Shown piece by piece: positions 1 to 8,398 of a stretch of DNA of 64,000 nt. This DNA is from Gemmatimonadales bacterium. Lineage in GTDB: Bacteria > Gemmatimonadota > Gemmatimonadetes > Gemmatimonadales > GWC2-71-9. Made by a program: the position numbers and the translations under genes. The notes under the pieces are model-generated. The model was not told the origin of the DNA, ran no database searches, and saw only the letters and a program-made list of their open reading frames with translations. The stretch covers positions 69,760-133,759 of the forward strand of contig DATLKF010000018.1 in assembly GCA_035538515.1 (NCBI GenBank). The letters are read 5' to 3'. Numbering within the stretch: the first letter of the stretch is position 1; each line of letters begins with the position of its first letter.

Positions 1-836
1 GCGTGTTGGCGGCAGGCGGCGGGATCGCGGTTGTGAATCGTCTCCGCTGCCGTGACCATGTCGTCTAACGTCGCGCAGAGCGCCCCCACCTCGGGCGTGA
101 TCAGCTCGGGCAGTGCACCGCGACGGGTGCCGAGCACCGGTGTGCCCGACAAGAACGCCTCGATCGTCACGAGCCCGAACGGTTCATCCCACTCGGCCGG
201 GTTCCAAACGCACCGCGCCCGGGCGAGCAGCGCGGCTTTGGTGGTGCCGTCGACCTCGCCCACGTACTTGATCGAACCGGTGAAGCTGGGCCGCCAGCCT
301 CCGGCAACGATCAGCCGGTGGCCGGTGTGCTTCGCTGCCTCCACGGCCCAATGGTATCCCTTGGCACTGTGCAGCGCGCCGAGGAAGAGATCGTACTGCG
401 AGGCGCGCTTCGGGAAGGGCCGGAACACGTAGTCCGCGGGGTCGAGCCCGTTGTAGACGAAGACCTCGCTGTTGTGACGGTGGGCGTGGTCGCGCGAGAG
501 AAAGATGCTATTCGGGAAGGGTGGGGATTTGGGCTTCAGGTTGCGATGGACCGTTTGCACGAACGGCTTGGGGCCGGGGGGCGCGCGCAGCGGGAAATGC
601 GTGTGCACGATGTCGGCGTCGCGCGGGACGTATTCGGCGAGGGTCTTGGCGTCGGCGAGCTTGCGCGGGGGCACGGTGACCACGGTCGCCTCGGCCACCC
701 GCGAGCCCGGCGGCGCGAGCAGCGTGACGCGGTGGCCGAGCGCCGCGAGCCCGCGGATGAGCGCGACGATCACGCGCTGCGGGCCGCCGTATCCTTTGGC
801 CGGCAGCGGCTGCTGGGAGGCCACGACGACGTGCAT
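1..836 (-). CDS. Glycosyltransferase family 4 (partial; C-terminus runs off the left edge)
   Basis: Absent from the ORF track because it has no in-window stop. My hand translation of the reverse strand from the ATG at 836-834 gives MHVVVASQQPLPAKGYGGPQRVIVALIRGLAALGHRVTLL. Further on it gives WDEPFGLVTIEAFLSGTPVLGTR, the EPFGxxxIEAxxxGxPV signature of GT-B/GT4 enzymes. The frame stays open to position 3. Confidence 0.75.
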   Translation of the reverse strand, partial: MHVVVASQQPLPAKGYGGPQRVIVALIRGLAALGHRVTLLAPPGSRVAEATVVTVPPRKLADAKTLAEYVPRDADIVHTHFPLRAPPGPKPFVQTVHRNLKPKSPPFPNSIFLSRDHAHRHNSEVFVYNGLDPADYVFRPFPKRASQYDLFLGALHSAKGYHWAVEAAKHTGHRLIVAGGWRPSFTGSIKYVGEVDGTTKAALLARARCVWNPAEWDEPFGLVTIEAFLSGTPVLGTRRGALPELITPEVGALCATLDDMVTAAETIHNRDPAACRQH

Positions 837-850
837 GGGCGGGAAAGTAT

Positions 851-886
851 AGTCGGACAGTCGGAGGGTGGGACAGTCGGACTGTT
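851..886. repeat. One-armed tandem 8-nt array (agtcggac-like units), locus A
   Basis: Read directly as agtcggac / agtcggag / ggtgggac / agtcggac. It lies 15 nt upstream of the GT4 start at 836. The same unit occurs at 29941-30102, 39282-39313 and 56771-56814. Confidence 0.7.
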
Positions 887-928
887 AGACGACTACCCGG
901 CCCCAGGACCCGGACGACTTTGGTCGCT

Positions 929-2502
929 CTAGTGGCCCCGTTCCATGTGCACGCTGTCCGACACCTTCACGGCCTGCACCGCCGGCGGCACTGACCGCTC
1001 CCCGCGCGGAATCATCCCGGAGAGATTCGCCAGCTCGTACGCCGACACCGCCATCACCGCTGCGGCCTGGCTCAGGTCCGCCGCGACAGCCTTGTCGTAG
1101 GTGTCGGACTGCGAATGGTGCGTGTGCTGATAACCCCGCTCGAGCTGGTTGAAGTTGAACCCCGGCACGCCGTACGGTAGAAACGACAGATGGTCCGTCC
1201 CTCCCTTGTTCCGATTCACTACGGAATCCGCCCCGAGCGACCCGACGGGCGCGAGGATCGCACGCCACAGCGCTTCGAGATCGCCCCGCCCCTGGAGCGC
1301 CTGCCCCGTCACGGCCCCGGTGCCGTTGTCGAGGACGATGACGGCCTGGATCGAGTCCGACTCTCCTGCATGCGCCTCGGCGTACTTGCGCGAGCCGATC
1401 AGGCCCTGTTCCTCGCCCGTGAACAGGATGAATCGACCGTCCGCTTCGGCTTGAGGCCCGACTGGGCGATCACACGCGCGGTTTCGAGTACGCACATCGC
1501 GCCGGTGCCATGTCGGTCGCGGCCGTTCCCAGGTCCCAGGAATCGAGGTGCGCCCCCACGATCACGACCTGACCCGGATGCTCGGCCCCGCGGATCTCCG
1601 CGACCGTATTCCACTGGGTCGTGGAGTCCCGCGTCATGCGATTGCTGATGCGCACGGCCAGCCGGGGAACGGTGCCAGCCTGCAGCAAGCGGTCGAACAG
1701 GGCGTAGTCCTCGTGGGCGACGACGATCTGCGGGAGCGGCAGCACGCGGTTCGGGCTGCCGCTCATGGTGAGCAACCCCTGCTCCTTTCCCGCATCCATC
1801 ACGATCCCTAACGCGCCGGCGCGACGCAGCAAGAAGGGGAGATCGTTGCCGAACTGTTGCCGTTGGGCTCGCGTGGCAGAGTCGAGGCTCTGGAGCGGAG
1901 CGAAGAAGCTCCGTCGGAATTCCTGCTGGCGCTCCGAATCGGCCGGCGCCATCGGCGGACCGTCCGAGTTCCACACGAACGCGGGCGGGCGCAGCATCAC
2001 CCACGCTCCCTTCACCCGCTTGCGGGCTGTCGCAACGCTGTCCGGGGCCGTCCCGTCGATGCGCACCAGCGCTCCTGTGCGCGTGGCGCCGTCGGTCCCC
2101 GGGGCCCACGCGCAGCTCACCGCGGTCACGTCGTGCCCCCTTGGGGCCGTGAGCCGTACCTCGATCGGCCCTCGCGTCCAGGTCCCCCCGAACGTCCACG
2201 ACTCGAGGCGCGCCTCGAGCCCATACTCCTTTGAACCGTCGCAGCGTCCAGTCGTTCGCCTGTCGCGCGGCTCGAGAACCGGTCAGCCGCGGGCCGATCA
2301 CGTCGGTGAGATACTCGAGGTTCTGCATGACCTCGGAGTGACGCAGCGCCCCGTCGATGAGGGCTCCGGCGCCCGTCGTGTCCACGGTCCAGTCTTGCGC
2401 GGATGCGGGAGGGCAGAGTAGGGCCGCGAGGGCGGCGAGGGCGGCGAGCAAACCGGCCATCGCGGGTGGACGGAAGCAGGGCACGCGGAATTCCTCGATC
2501 AT
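929..2502 (-). pseudogene. M28-family aminopeptidase with PA domain, disrupted by three 1-nt indels
   Basis: The homologous peptide is spread over three track ORFs in different frames. The signal peptide and N-terminus (MIEEF...QNLEYLTDVIGPRLTGS...WTLRRFK) are in ORF 1399..2502. The middle part (EYGLEARLESWTFGG...VVIVGAHLDSWDLGT) is in the frame of ORF 1470..2129. NGTGAMCVLETARVIAQSGLKPKRTV is back in the first frame. RFILFTGEEQGLIGS...HHSQSDTYD is in ORF 929..1495. The junctions are at about 2231 (extra base in a ttt/aaa run), about 1511 (gac-a-tgg where gac-aat-ggc is expected) and about 1435 (missing base in acggtc-gattc). Confidence 0.75.
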
Positions 2503-2584
2503 GGGTTGCGTTTACGGTGCGCACGAATCACGAGGCACGCCAGTGCTTCACCCTCCGCCGGACGAGCTTTAGCTTTCCGCCACC

Positions 2585-3682
2585 ATGCCCTACCGATCGA
2601 TCACCATCTTTCAGTTGACGCATTCGGGGGGCGGGGCGGGCTCGACGGTCGTGATGGCGAGCCTGAGCCGGGAGCTGGCACGGCGCGGCCATCGCGTTCT
2701 GGTGGGATGTCCGCGGGACGCGTTACTCGCGGAGATGGTTCGGGCAGCAGGGCTCACCGTCGTGCCGCTCGATTTCCGCCGGCTCCAGCCGCTCGCACGG
2801 ACGCTTGAGGACACGCTCGCGCGCGAGCGCGTGGATCTCGTCAACAGCCACGATACGCTCGACCGCCGCGCGCTGACGTGGCTACGGTGGAGACGCGGGC
2901 TCCCGCAAGCATTCGTCGTGACCCGGCACACCATGCCGCTCACGATGCCCCCGGCGCTGCTCGCGATCGGGCTCACCGCCGACCGCACGATCGCCGTCAG
3001 CGGGATGGTGGCGCGTGCGCTGCGCCGCCGGCTGCATCCCGCCCGGCGCCTCCGCGTGGTGCCGAACGGGATCGACTTGGCGGGCGTGGACGCGCCACCG
3101 CCCGCCGCCGATCTCGCCGCCGCCCGGACCGCCCTCGGCGAAGTGAACGGCCGTCCTGTGATCCTGGTCCTGGCCCGCCGCAAAGACCAGCCCGTCCTGG
3201 TGCGCGGGCTCGCCGCGCTGGAGCGGCCCGTCGTGGTAGCATGCGTCGGTGTGGACCCCGATGCCGAGCTAGTCGCGGCGGCGCGCAGCGTGCCTGAGCG
3301 CCATCGCGTGGTCTACGTTCCCTTCACCGACCGGCCGCTCGCCTTTTGTCGGCTCGCGACCATCTCCGCCTTGCCGTCCCGCATCGAGGGGCTCTCCATC
3401 ACGTTGCTCGAGACGATGGCGCTCGGCCTGCCTGTCGTCGCGTCGGACGCCGGCGGCAACCCCGATCTGATCACGTCCGGCGAGACCGGGCTGCTCGTTC
3501 CGCCGCTCGATTCCATCGCCTGGGCGCGTGCGCTCGCGCGCGTGCTCGGCGACCGGCCGTTCGCGGAGCGGCTGGCACGCGGCGGGCGGGAGCTGGTGCG
3601 GCGCGAGTTCACGGTCGAGCGGAATGCAGAGCGGACTGAGGGCGTGTACCGCGAAGCCCTCGAGCGGCGCGAGCAGAGATGA
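2585..3682 (+). CDS. Glycosyltransferase family 4
   Basis: 365-aa ORF with an ATG start. The N-terminus HSGGGAGSTVVMASLSRELARRGHRV is a GT-B Gly-rich start. The C-terminal EGLSITLLETMALGLPVVASDAGGNPDLI is the GT4 E-x7-E region. Confidence 0.85.
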   Translation: MPYRSITIFQLTHSGGGAGSTVVMASLSRELARRGHRVLVGCPRDALLAEMVRAAGLTVVPLDFRRLQPLARTLEDTLARERVDLVNSHDTLDRRALTWLRWRRGLPQAFVVTRHTMPLTMPPALLAIGLTADRTIAVSGMVARALRRRLHPARRLRVVPNGIDLAGVDAPPPAADLAAARTALGEVNGRPVILVLARRKDQPVLVRGLAALERPVVVACVGVDPDAELVAAARSVPERHRVVYVPFTDRPLAFCRLATISALPSRIEGLSITLLETMALGLPVVASDAGGNPDLITSGETGLLVPPLDSIAWARALARVLGDRPFAERLARGGRELVRREFTVERNAERTEGVYREALERREQR

Positions 3683-4863
3683 GCACGACCCTCATGCTGG
3701 CGTTCAACTTCCCGCCGCTCGGCGGCGGAATCGCCCGCATGATGGGCGAGCTGGCGCTGCGTTACCCACCAGGCAGCCTGCTGATCTCCACCGGCACGCT
3801 TCCCGGCAGCGAGACGAGCGATCCGACCTACCCGCACCCGATCGACCGCGTGGGAATCCACGCCAACCGGCTCCGCACCATCAACGGGCTTTGCCTCTGG
3901 ACAGCCCGCGCTGCGTCGCTCGCGCGCCGCACCCGGCCAGGGTTCGCGTGGTGCGACGTCTTGAAGCCCGCGGGGTACCCGGCGGCGTGGCTTGGTGCGC
4001 GACAGGGCCTGCCCTACGGCGTCGTCGCGCACGGGACGGAATTCCTGCTGCTCGACGCGAAGATTCGGCGCTCCCGGTTCAAGCGGTGGACCGCCGCCCA
4101 GATGCTGGGACGCTGCTCGGTGATCGTCGCGAACAGCCGCTGGACCGCTGATCTGGCGCGCACGGTGATCGTCTCGTTAGGCGATCGGGTGCCAGCCATC
4201 GACGTGCGCGTCGTCCCCCTCGGTACGACGCCGTCCCAGTTCCGGCCGGGAATCGATCCCACGCCGGTGCGACGTAAGTACGGGCTCGATGGCGGGGGTC
4301 CCTGGATCCTCACGGTGGCTCGGCTCGACTACCACAAGGGCATCGATACTGTCATCAACGCGCTGCCGGCGATTCGCGCCGCCTTTCCCGGCACCTGCTA
4401 CGCCGTGGCGGGCGTAGGCATCCGGCAACCTCACCTTGAGCGCCAAATTGCCCAACTTGGTCTGGGGGAGTCGGTGCGGCTCCTGGGGTTTGTGCCGGAG
4501 GCCGAGCTGCCGGCGTTGTACAATGCTGCCGATGTGTTCGTCCTCGACTCCCGGCGGTTCGATCTGCTGGTGGAGGGGTTCGGCATCGCCATCGTGGAGG
4601 CGGCGGCGTGCGGCCTGCCGGTGGTCGGCGGGCGCTCGGGCGGGATCCCCGAATCCGTGCGGGATGGCGAGACCGGCTTGGTGATCGAGCCCGACGACCC
4701 TGCGGCCGTGGTTGCGGCCGTCACCCGGCTGCTCGGGGACGGGGACCTGCGCGCGCGGCTGGGCGCGGCCGGCCGGCAGGCGGTGGAGCGGTACTATAAC
4801 TGGGACCGGGTGGCGGCGGAGCTGATGGCGATCGACCGGGAGTTTCGCCGCGATCACTCCTAG
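3679..4863 (+). CDS. Glycosyltransferase family 4 (PimB-like mannosyltransferase type)
   Basis: 394-aa ORF with a 4-nt ATGA overlap with the upstream GT. It carries FPPLGGGIARMMGELA at the N-terminus and EGFGIAIVEAAACGLPVVGGRSGGIPESV near the C-terminus. Confidence 0.85.
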   Translation: MSTTLMLAFNFPPLGGGIARMMGELALRYPPGSLLISTGTLPGSETSDPTYPHPIDRVGIHANRLRTINGLCLWTARAASLARRTRPGFAWCDVLKPAGYPAAWLGARQGLPYGVVAHGTEFLLLDAKIRRSRFKRWTAAQMLGRCSVIVANSRWTADLARTVIVSLGDRVPAIDVRVVPLGTTPSQFRPGIDPTPVRRKYGLDGGGPWILTVARLDYHKGIDTVINALPAIRAAFPGTCYAVAGVGIRQPHLERQIAQLGLGESVRLLGFVPEAELPALYNAADVFVLDSRRFDLLVEGFGIAIVEAAACGLPVVGGRSGGIPESVRDGETGLVIEPDDPAAVVAAVTRLLGDGDLRARLGAAGRQAVERYYNWDRVAAELMAIDREFRRDHS

Positions 4864-5060
4864 GGAATCTGCACAAGGGGAACGTGGGGCTGGGGTGGGA
4901 CGCTGGGCGCCCACACGCGAGGGCGCACCGAAACAGGCAACGGGGCACTGTGCAGGTCTGGCCAGCCTTCGGCTTGGGAGTTCCGCCTTTGGCGTGCCTT
5001 CGCGTGTAAAGCGCCCGAGCGTCCCACCCCAGCCCCACGCGACTTGGGCAGAGATTCCCT
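4862..5060. mobile_element. MITE-like 200-bp palindromic element, full copy 1
   Basis: The ends are tagggaatctgcacaag...cttgggcagagattcccta. The internal arms gggacgctgggcgcccacacgcgagggcgcac and gtgccttcgcgtgtaaagcgcccgagcgtccc are reverse complements. The whole element aligns in opposite orientation to 63412-63612. No credible ORF lies inside it. Confidence 0.7.
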
Positions 5061-5158
5061 AAGTGCCGCCCGGGTCAACCAAGACCCCGAGCGGAACGAA
5101 TTCGGGCCTACTCTACCGCCCGAAGCGCGCATCCCGTTAGGATTCCATTGTGCCCTCC

Positions 5159-6382
5159 ATGACGACGCTGCTGCTCGCGCTCGACTTCCCCCCCATGGGC
5201 GGCGGCATCGCCCGGCTGCACGGCGAGATGGCGAAGCGCTACCCCGCGCGCGAGCTGGTCGTCTCTACTCCGCAGGATCCCGACGCGCCGGACTTCGACG
5301 CCGAACTGGGAAACGGGATGGTCGATCGCCTGCCGGTGAGCCGTCCGCGGACGCGCTCGCTCCCCGGTCTTTTGCTCTGGTCGCGCCGGGCGGCGAGTCT
5401 CGCGCGCCAGCACCACGTCGATTACGTGCACTGCGGCAACGTCAAGCCCGCCGGCTATCCCGCGCGTTGGGTATTCGAGCGCTGCCGGGTCCCCTACGGC
5501 GTGTACCTGCACGGCGGCGACCTGCTGAGCGAGCAGCACAAGATTCGTCACTCACGCTTCAAGCGGCGCTCCGCGCGCGCCATCCTCGGCGGGGCCGCGG
5601 TGCTGATGGCGAACAGCACCTGGACTCGTGATCTCGCGCTGCACGTTCTGGGCGAGCTCGGAATCGACGGGCACGCCGGACGGCTTCGGGTCGTGCATCT
5701 CGGCACCGATCCCGATCGCTTCAGGCCGGGCATCGACCCGACCGAGCTGCGCGAGCGCTTCGAGCTGCCGGACGACAAGACGCGCTGGCTCGTGACGGTG
5801 GCGCGGTTGGACCCGCATAAAGGGGTGGACAGCGTGATCGAGGCACTGCCCGCCGTCGTCGCGCGCTTCCCCAACGTGCATTACGCCGTCGCGGGGAGCG
5901 GCGAGGACCGCGAGCGCCTCGAGAAGCTCGCCCACAAGAACGGCGTCGCCGACCGCGTGCGATTCCTGGGCGGCGTGAGCGAGCGTGACCTGCCCGCGCT
6001 GTACAACCTCGCTTCGGTGTACGTCGGCGTGTCGCGGATCTCCGAGCGGATCGGCGTCGAGGGATTTGGCATCTCGCTGGTCGAGGCGTCCGCGTGCGGG
6101 TTGCCGGTGGTGGCAGGGAATTCGGGTGGGATCCCCGACGCGGTGCGCGACGGCGAGACGGGTTATCTCGTGCCGCCGGAGGATCCCGCGGCGCTGGCGG
6201 ACGCGATCTGCCGGCTGTTCGCCGATCCCGAGGGCGCGCGCCGCGTGGGCGCCGCCGGCCGCCGGGCCGTCGAGACCTACTACAACTGGGATCGCGTGGT
6301 GCGTGACCTCCGAACCATCGAGACCGAGGTCATCCAGAGCGCAGCCGGGTCTCGGCGGGAGCGGCGGCAGGGCGCGCGCTGA
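5159..6382 (+). CDS. Glycosyltransferase family 4, tandem paralogue of 3679..4863
   Basis: The track ORF starts at GTG 5150. ATG 5159 gives MTTLLLALDFPPMGGGIARLHGEMA, which is collinear with MSTTLMLAFNFPPLGGGIARMMGELA of the upstream gene. The C-terminal EGFGISLVEASACGLPVVAGNSGGIPDAV is also shared. Confidence 0.85.
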   Translation: MTTLLLALDFPPMGGGIARLHGEMAKRYPARELVVSTPQDPDAPDFDAELGNGMVDRLPVSRPRTRSLPGLLLWSRRAASLARQHHVDYVHCGNVKPAGYPARWVFERCRVPYGVYLHGGDLLSEQHKIRHSRFKRRSARAILGGAAVLMANSTWTRDLALHVLGELGIDGHAGRLRVVHLGTDPDRFRPGIDPTELRERFELPDDKTRWLVTVARLDPHKGVDSVIEALPAVVARFPNVHYAVAGSGEDRERLEKLAHKNGVADRVRFLGGVSERDLPALYNLASVYVGVSRISERIGVEGFGISLVEASACGLPVVAGNSGGIPDAVRDGETGYLVPPEDPAALADAICRLFADPEGARRVGAAGRRAVETYYNWDRVVRDLRTIETEVIQSAAGSRRERRQGAR

Positions 6383-7487
6383 TCGCGTAGGTGGGGCAGT
6401 GCCGGATGAAGTCGCCGTCGATCGGTGACCACACCTGCTCCGGCTGAGTGACGACCGCTTTCCCCTGCGCGTCCAATACGAACATCCCCGTCGGGGCCTG
6501 CACCAGGCAGGCGCCACAGCCGATACAGCGCTCCCGCTGCACGCGCACGATCACGGGGCGTCGCGGATAAACACCGGCAGCGGTCGCGCTCGGCCACTCC
6601 TCCGACCGGTCGAGGGCAGCGCTCGTGGCGCGATGGCCTTCCTCCACTACCTCCCGCAGGTGGTCGAACGAGAACGCTGAGATGTGCTCCACGCGCGGGT
6701 GGATGTAGAAGATCGGCGGCTTCCCCCAGTCGTGTAGCCGCAGCTCCAGCAGCGACTGCATCGCGATCTCGGCGGCGCGGGCGAACACCGCGGCAAACCC
6801 TTCCTCCTGCGTGTCCGCGCGGAACGCGTTCGAGGCCGAGACGTCCACCGCCAGGATCAGCTCGGTGCCGAGGATGCGCGCGGTACCGACGGGGAGATTG
6901 TCGAGCGTGGCGCCGTCGGCGTAGAAGCGTCCCCGGATCTCACGAGGGGGCAGATAGCCGGGGAGCGCGCACGACGCGAACACCGCGTCGCGCACCGGGA
7001 TGTCGTCCAGCCCCTCCAGGCCCCAGAAGACCTGCATCCCGGAGTTGATGTCGACAGTATTGACGATGAGCGGCGTGCGCAGGTCTTGAAACGTGATGTC
7101 GCCAACCAGGCGCTGAATCAGGAGGTCGAGCGGCTCACGGCGGAACAGCGCCGGGGAGCGCATCCGCTTGAACGCCATGTCGGCGTGCGCCACCGCGAAC
7201 ACGTCCTTGCGGCGCAGCGCAATGGCCACATCCCGCAGCTCGGCGATGCTCCGGCCCGCGGACCACGCGGCGCCCACCAGCGCGCCGACGCTCGACCCGA
7301 CGACCTGCGCCGGGACGAGCCCCCGCTCCGTGAGCGCTTGCAGGACGCCGATGTGGGCGAGGCCCTTCATGCCGCCGCCGCCCAACACCAGCGTGAATCG
7401 GGTTTGGTCGTCCAAATGACTCGCCGCTTGCCCGGGACATGAGCCCCCGAGTAACGTAGTCGTGGTCCCCACGCCGGCGCTACTCAT
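6330..7487 (-). CDS. Patatin-like phospholipase fused to a C-terminal single-cluster ferredoxin domain
   Basis: It has the patatin oxyanion motif LVLGGGGMKG and the nucleophile motif GSSVGA. The C-terminal RCIGCGACLVQAP...FIRHCPTYAI is a CxxCxxC...CP iron-sulfur pattern. The start is uncertain: ATG 7487, or TTG 7415 giving MDDQTRFTLVLGGGG. Confidence 0.8.
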   Translation of the reverse strand: MSSAGVGTTTTLLGGSCPGQAASHLDDQTRFTLVLGGGGMKGLAHIGVLQALTERGLVPAQVVGSSVGALVGAAWSAGRSIAELRDVAIALRRKDVFAVAHADMAFKRMRSPALFRREPLDLLIQRLVGDITFQDLRTPLIVNTVDINSGMQVFWGLEGLDDIPVRDAVFASCALPGYLPPREIRGRFYADGATLDNLPVGTARILGTELILAVDVSASNAFRADTQEEGFAAVFARAAEIAMQSLLELRLHDWGKPPIFYIHPRVEHISAFSFDHLREVVEEGHRATSAALDRSEEWPSATAAGVYPRRPVIVRVQRERCIGCGACLVQAPTGMFVLDAQGKAVVTQPEQVWSPIDGDFIRHCPTYAISARPAAAPAETRLRSG

Positions 7488-8307
7488 GCGGCATCGGGTC
7501 GTCACCAATCGTTGGACAATGGCAGGTGTCGTTCTCGTGACGCTGCTTGGACTGGCGGCGCTCGCCGCGCCGTGGCTCGCGCCGGGCGATCCCTACCGCG
7601 GTGATCTCGCCACCACCCTGCGCTCGCCGTCGGCCGCGAATCCGCTGGGCACCGATGCGCAAGGTCGCGATGTACTCTCGCGCGTGCTGTATGGGGCCAG
7701 GCTGTCGCTCGCGGTCGGAGTCGTCAGCCAGGTGATCTCGCTCGCCGCCGGTCTCGCGCTCGGCCTGGTCGCGGGGTTCCGCGGCCGCTGGATGGATGCG
7801 GTAGTCATGCGCGTTGCCGACGTCACCCTCGCGTTTCCGTCGCTGCTACTCCTCATCGCGGTGGCCGCCGCGGTGCGGCCCTCGCTCGCGGTCGTGTGCC
7901 TCGTGATCGGGCTCGTCGGGTGGGCGGGGATGGCCCGGCTGGTCCGCGCGCAGGTGCTCGTGACCCGCGGGCTCGACTACGTGCAGGCGGCGCGTGCGTT
8001 GGGCGCGTCCGATCTGCGGCTCGTGACGCGGCACGTGCTGCCTAACGTCGTGGGGCCGGTGATCGTCGCTGCGACGCTCGGCGTCGGCGGGGCGATCATG
8101 GCCGAGGCGGCGCTCTCGTTCGTGGGGCTCGGCGCGCAGCCGCCCACGCCATCGTGGGGCGCGATGGTCGCCGAGGGGCGCGACCTACTGCGGGTTGCCC
8201 CTTGGGTATCGTTGTTTCCCGGACTCGCGATCGGCCTGACAGTGTTGGGCGTGAACCTCGTGGGCGACGGCTTGCGCGACGCGCTCGACGTGCGGGGGCT
8301 CCGATGA
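7486..8307 (+). CDS. ABC transporter permease, DppC/OppC type (orphan)
   Basis: Its N-terminal peptide is NRWTMAGVVLVTLLGLAALAAPWLAPGDPY. It also shows the EAA-loop region YVQAARALGASDLRLVTRHVLPN and multiple TM segments. No partner permease, ATPase or binding-protein gene lies adjacent. Confidence 0.8.
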   Translation: MRHRVVTNRWTMAGVVLVTLLGLAALAAPWLAPGDPYRGDLATTLRSPSAANPLGTDAQGRDVLSRVLYGARLSLAVGVVSQVISLAAGLALGLVAGFRGRWMDAVVMRVADVTLAFPSLLLLIAVAAAVRPSLAVVCLVIGLVGWAGMARLVRAQVLVTRGLDYVQAARALGASDLRLVTRHVLPNVVGPVIVAATLGVGGAIMAEAALSFVGLGAQPPTPSWGAMVAEGRDLLRVAPWVSLFPGLAIGLTVLGVNLVGDGLRDALDVRGLR

Positions 8308-8318
8308 TCGCCTCCCCT

Positions 8319-8390
8319 GGGCTGAAGCCCGGGCTCGGCGCGGCGTCCTTAAGGACGCGTCATGGGGCCGAGCCGGCTCTTCAGAGCCGG
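8319..8390 (+). other. Three consecutive short GC stem-loops in the permease/aminotransferase spacer
   Basis: Read directly: gggc-tgaa-gccc (8319-8330), the perfect 16-nt palindrome gcgtccttaaggacgc (8343-8358), and ccggctc-ttca-gagccgg (8373-8390). The SD-like gggagg and the GTG at 8399 follow. Confidence 0.4.
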
Positions 8391-8398
8391 GAGGAATC

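Noticed and set aside
1399-2502. 367-aa ORF that could be called as an intact gene.
   Set aside because: Only its first roughly 90 codons and a short later segment match M28 peptidases. The remainder is an Arg/Gly/Pro-rich out-of-frame read of the same gene. See the pseudogene call.
929-2502. Programmed ribosomal frameshifting in the M28 peptidase gene.
   Set aside because: Three independent shifts in both directions are needed. None lies at a recognisable slippery heptamer with a downstream structure. Decay or a local consensus error is far more parsimonious.
4721-5038. Conserved peptide GWDARALYTR...KPKAGQTCTVPR shared by ORFs 4721..5038, 34664..34876 and 63398..63613, as a small repeated gene.
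   Set aside because: The similarity is at the nucleotide level across a palindromic element. The ORFs have different lengths and ends in each copy, have no SD, and run across the inverted-repeat arms. This is a MITE-like non-coding repeat.
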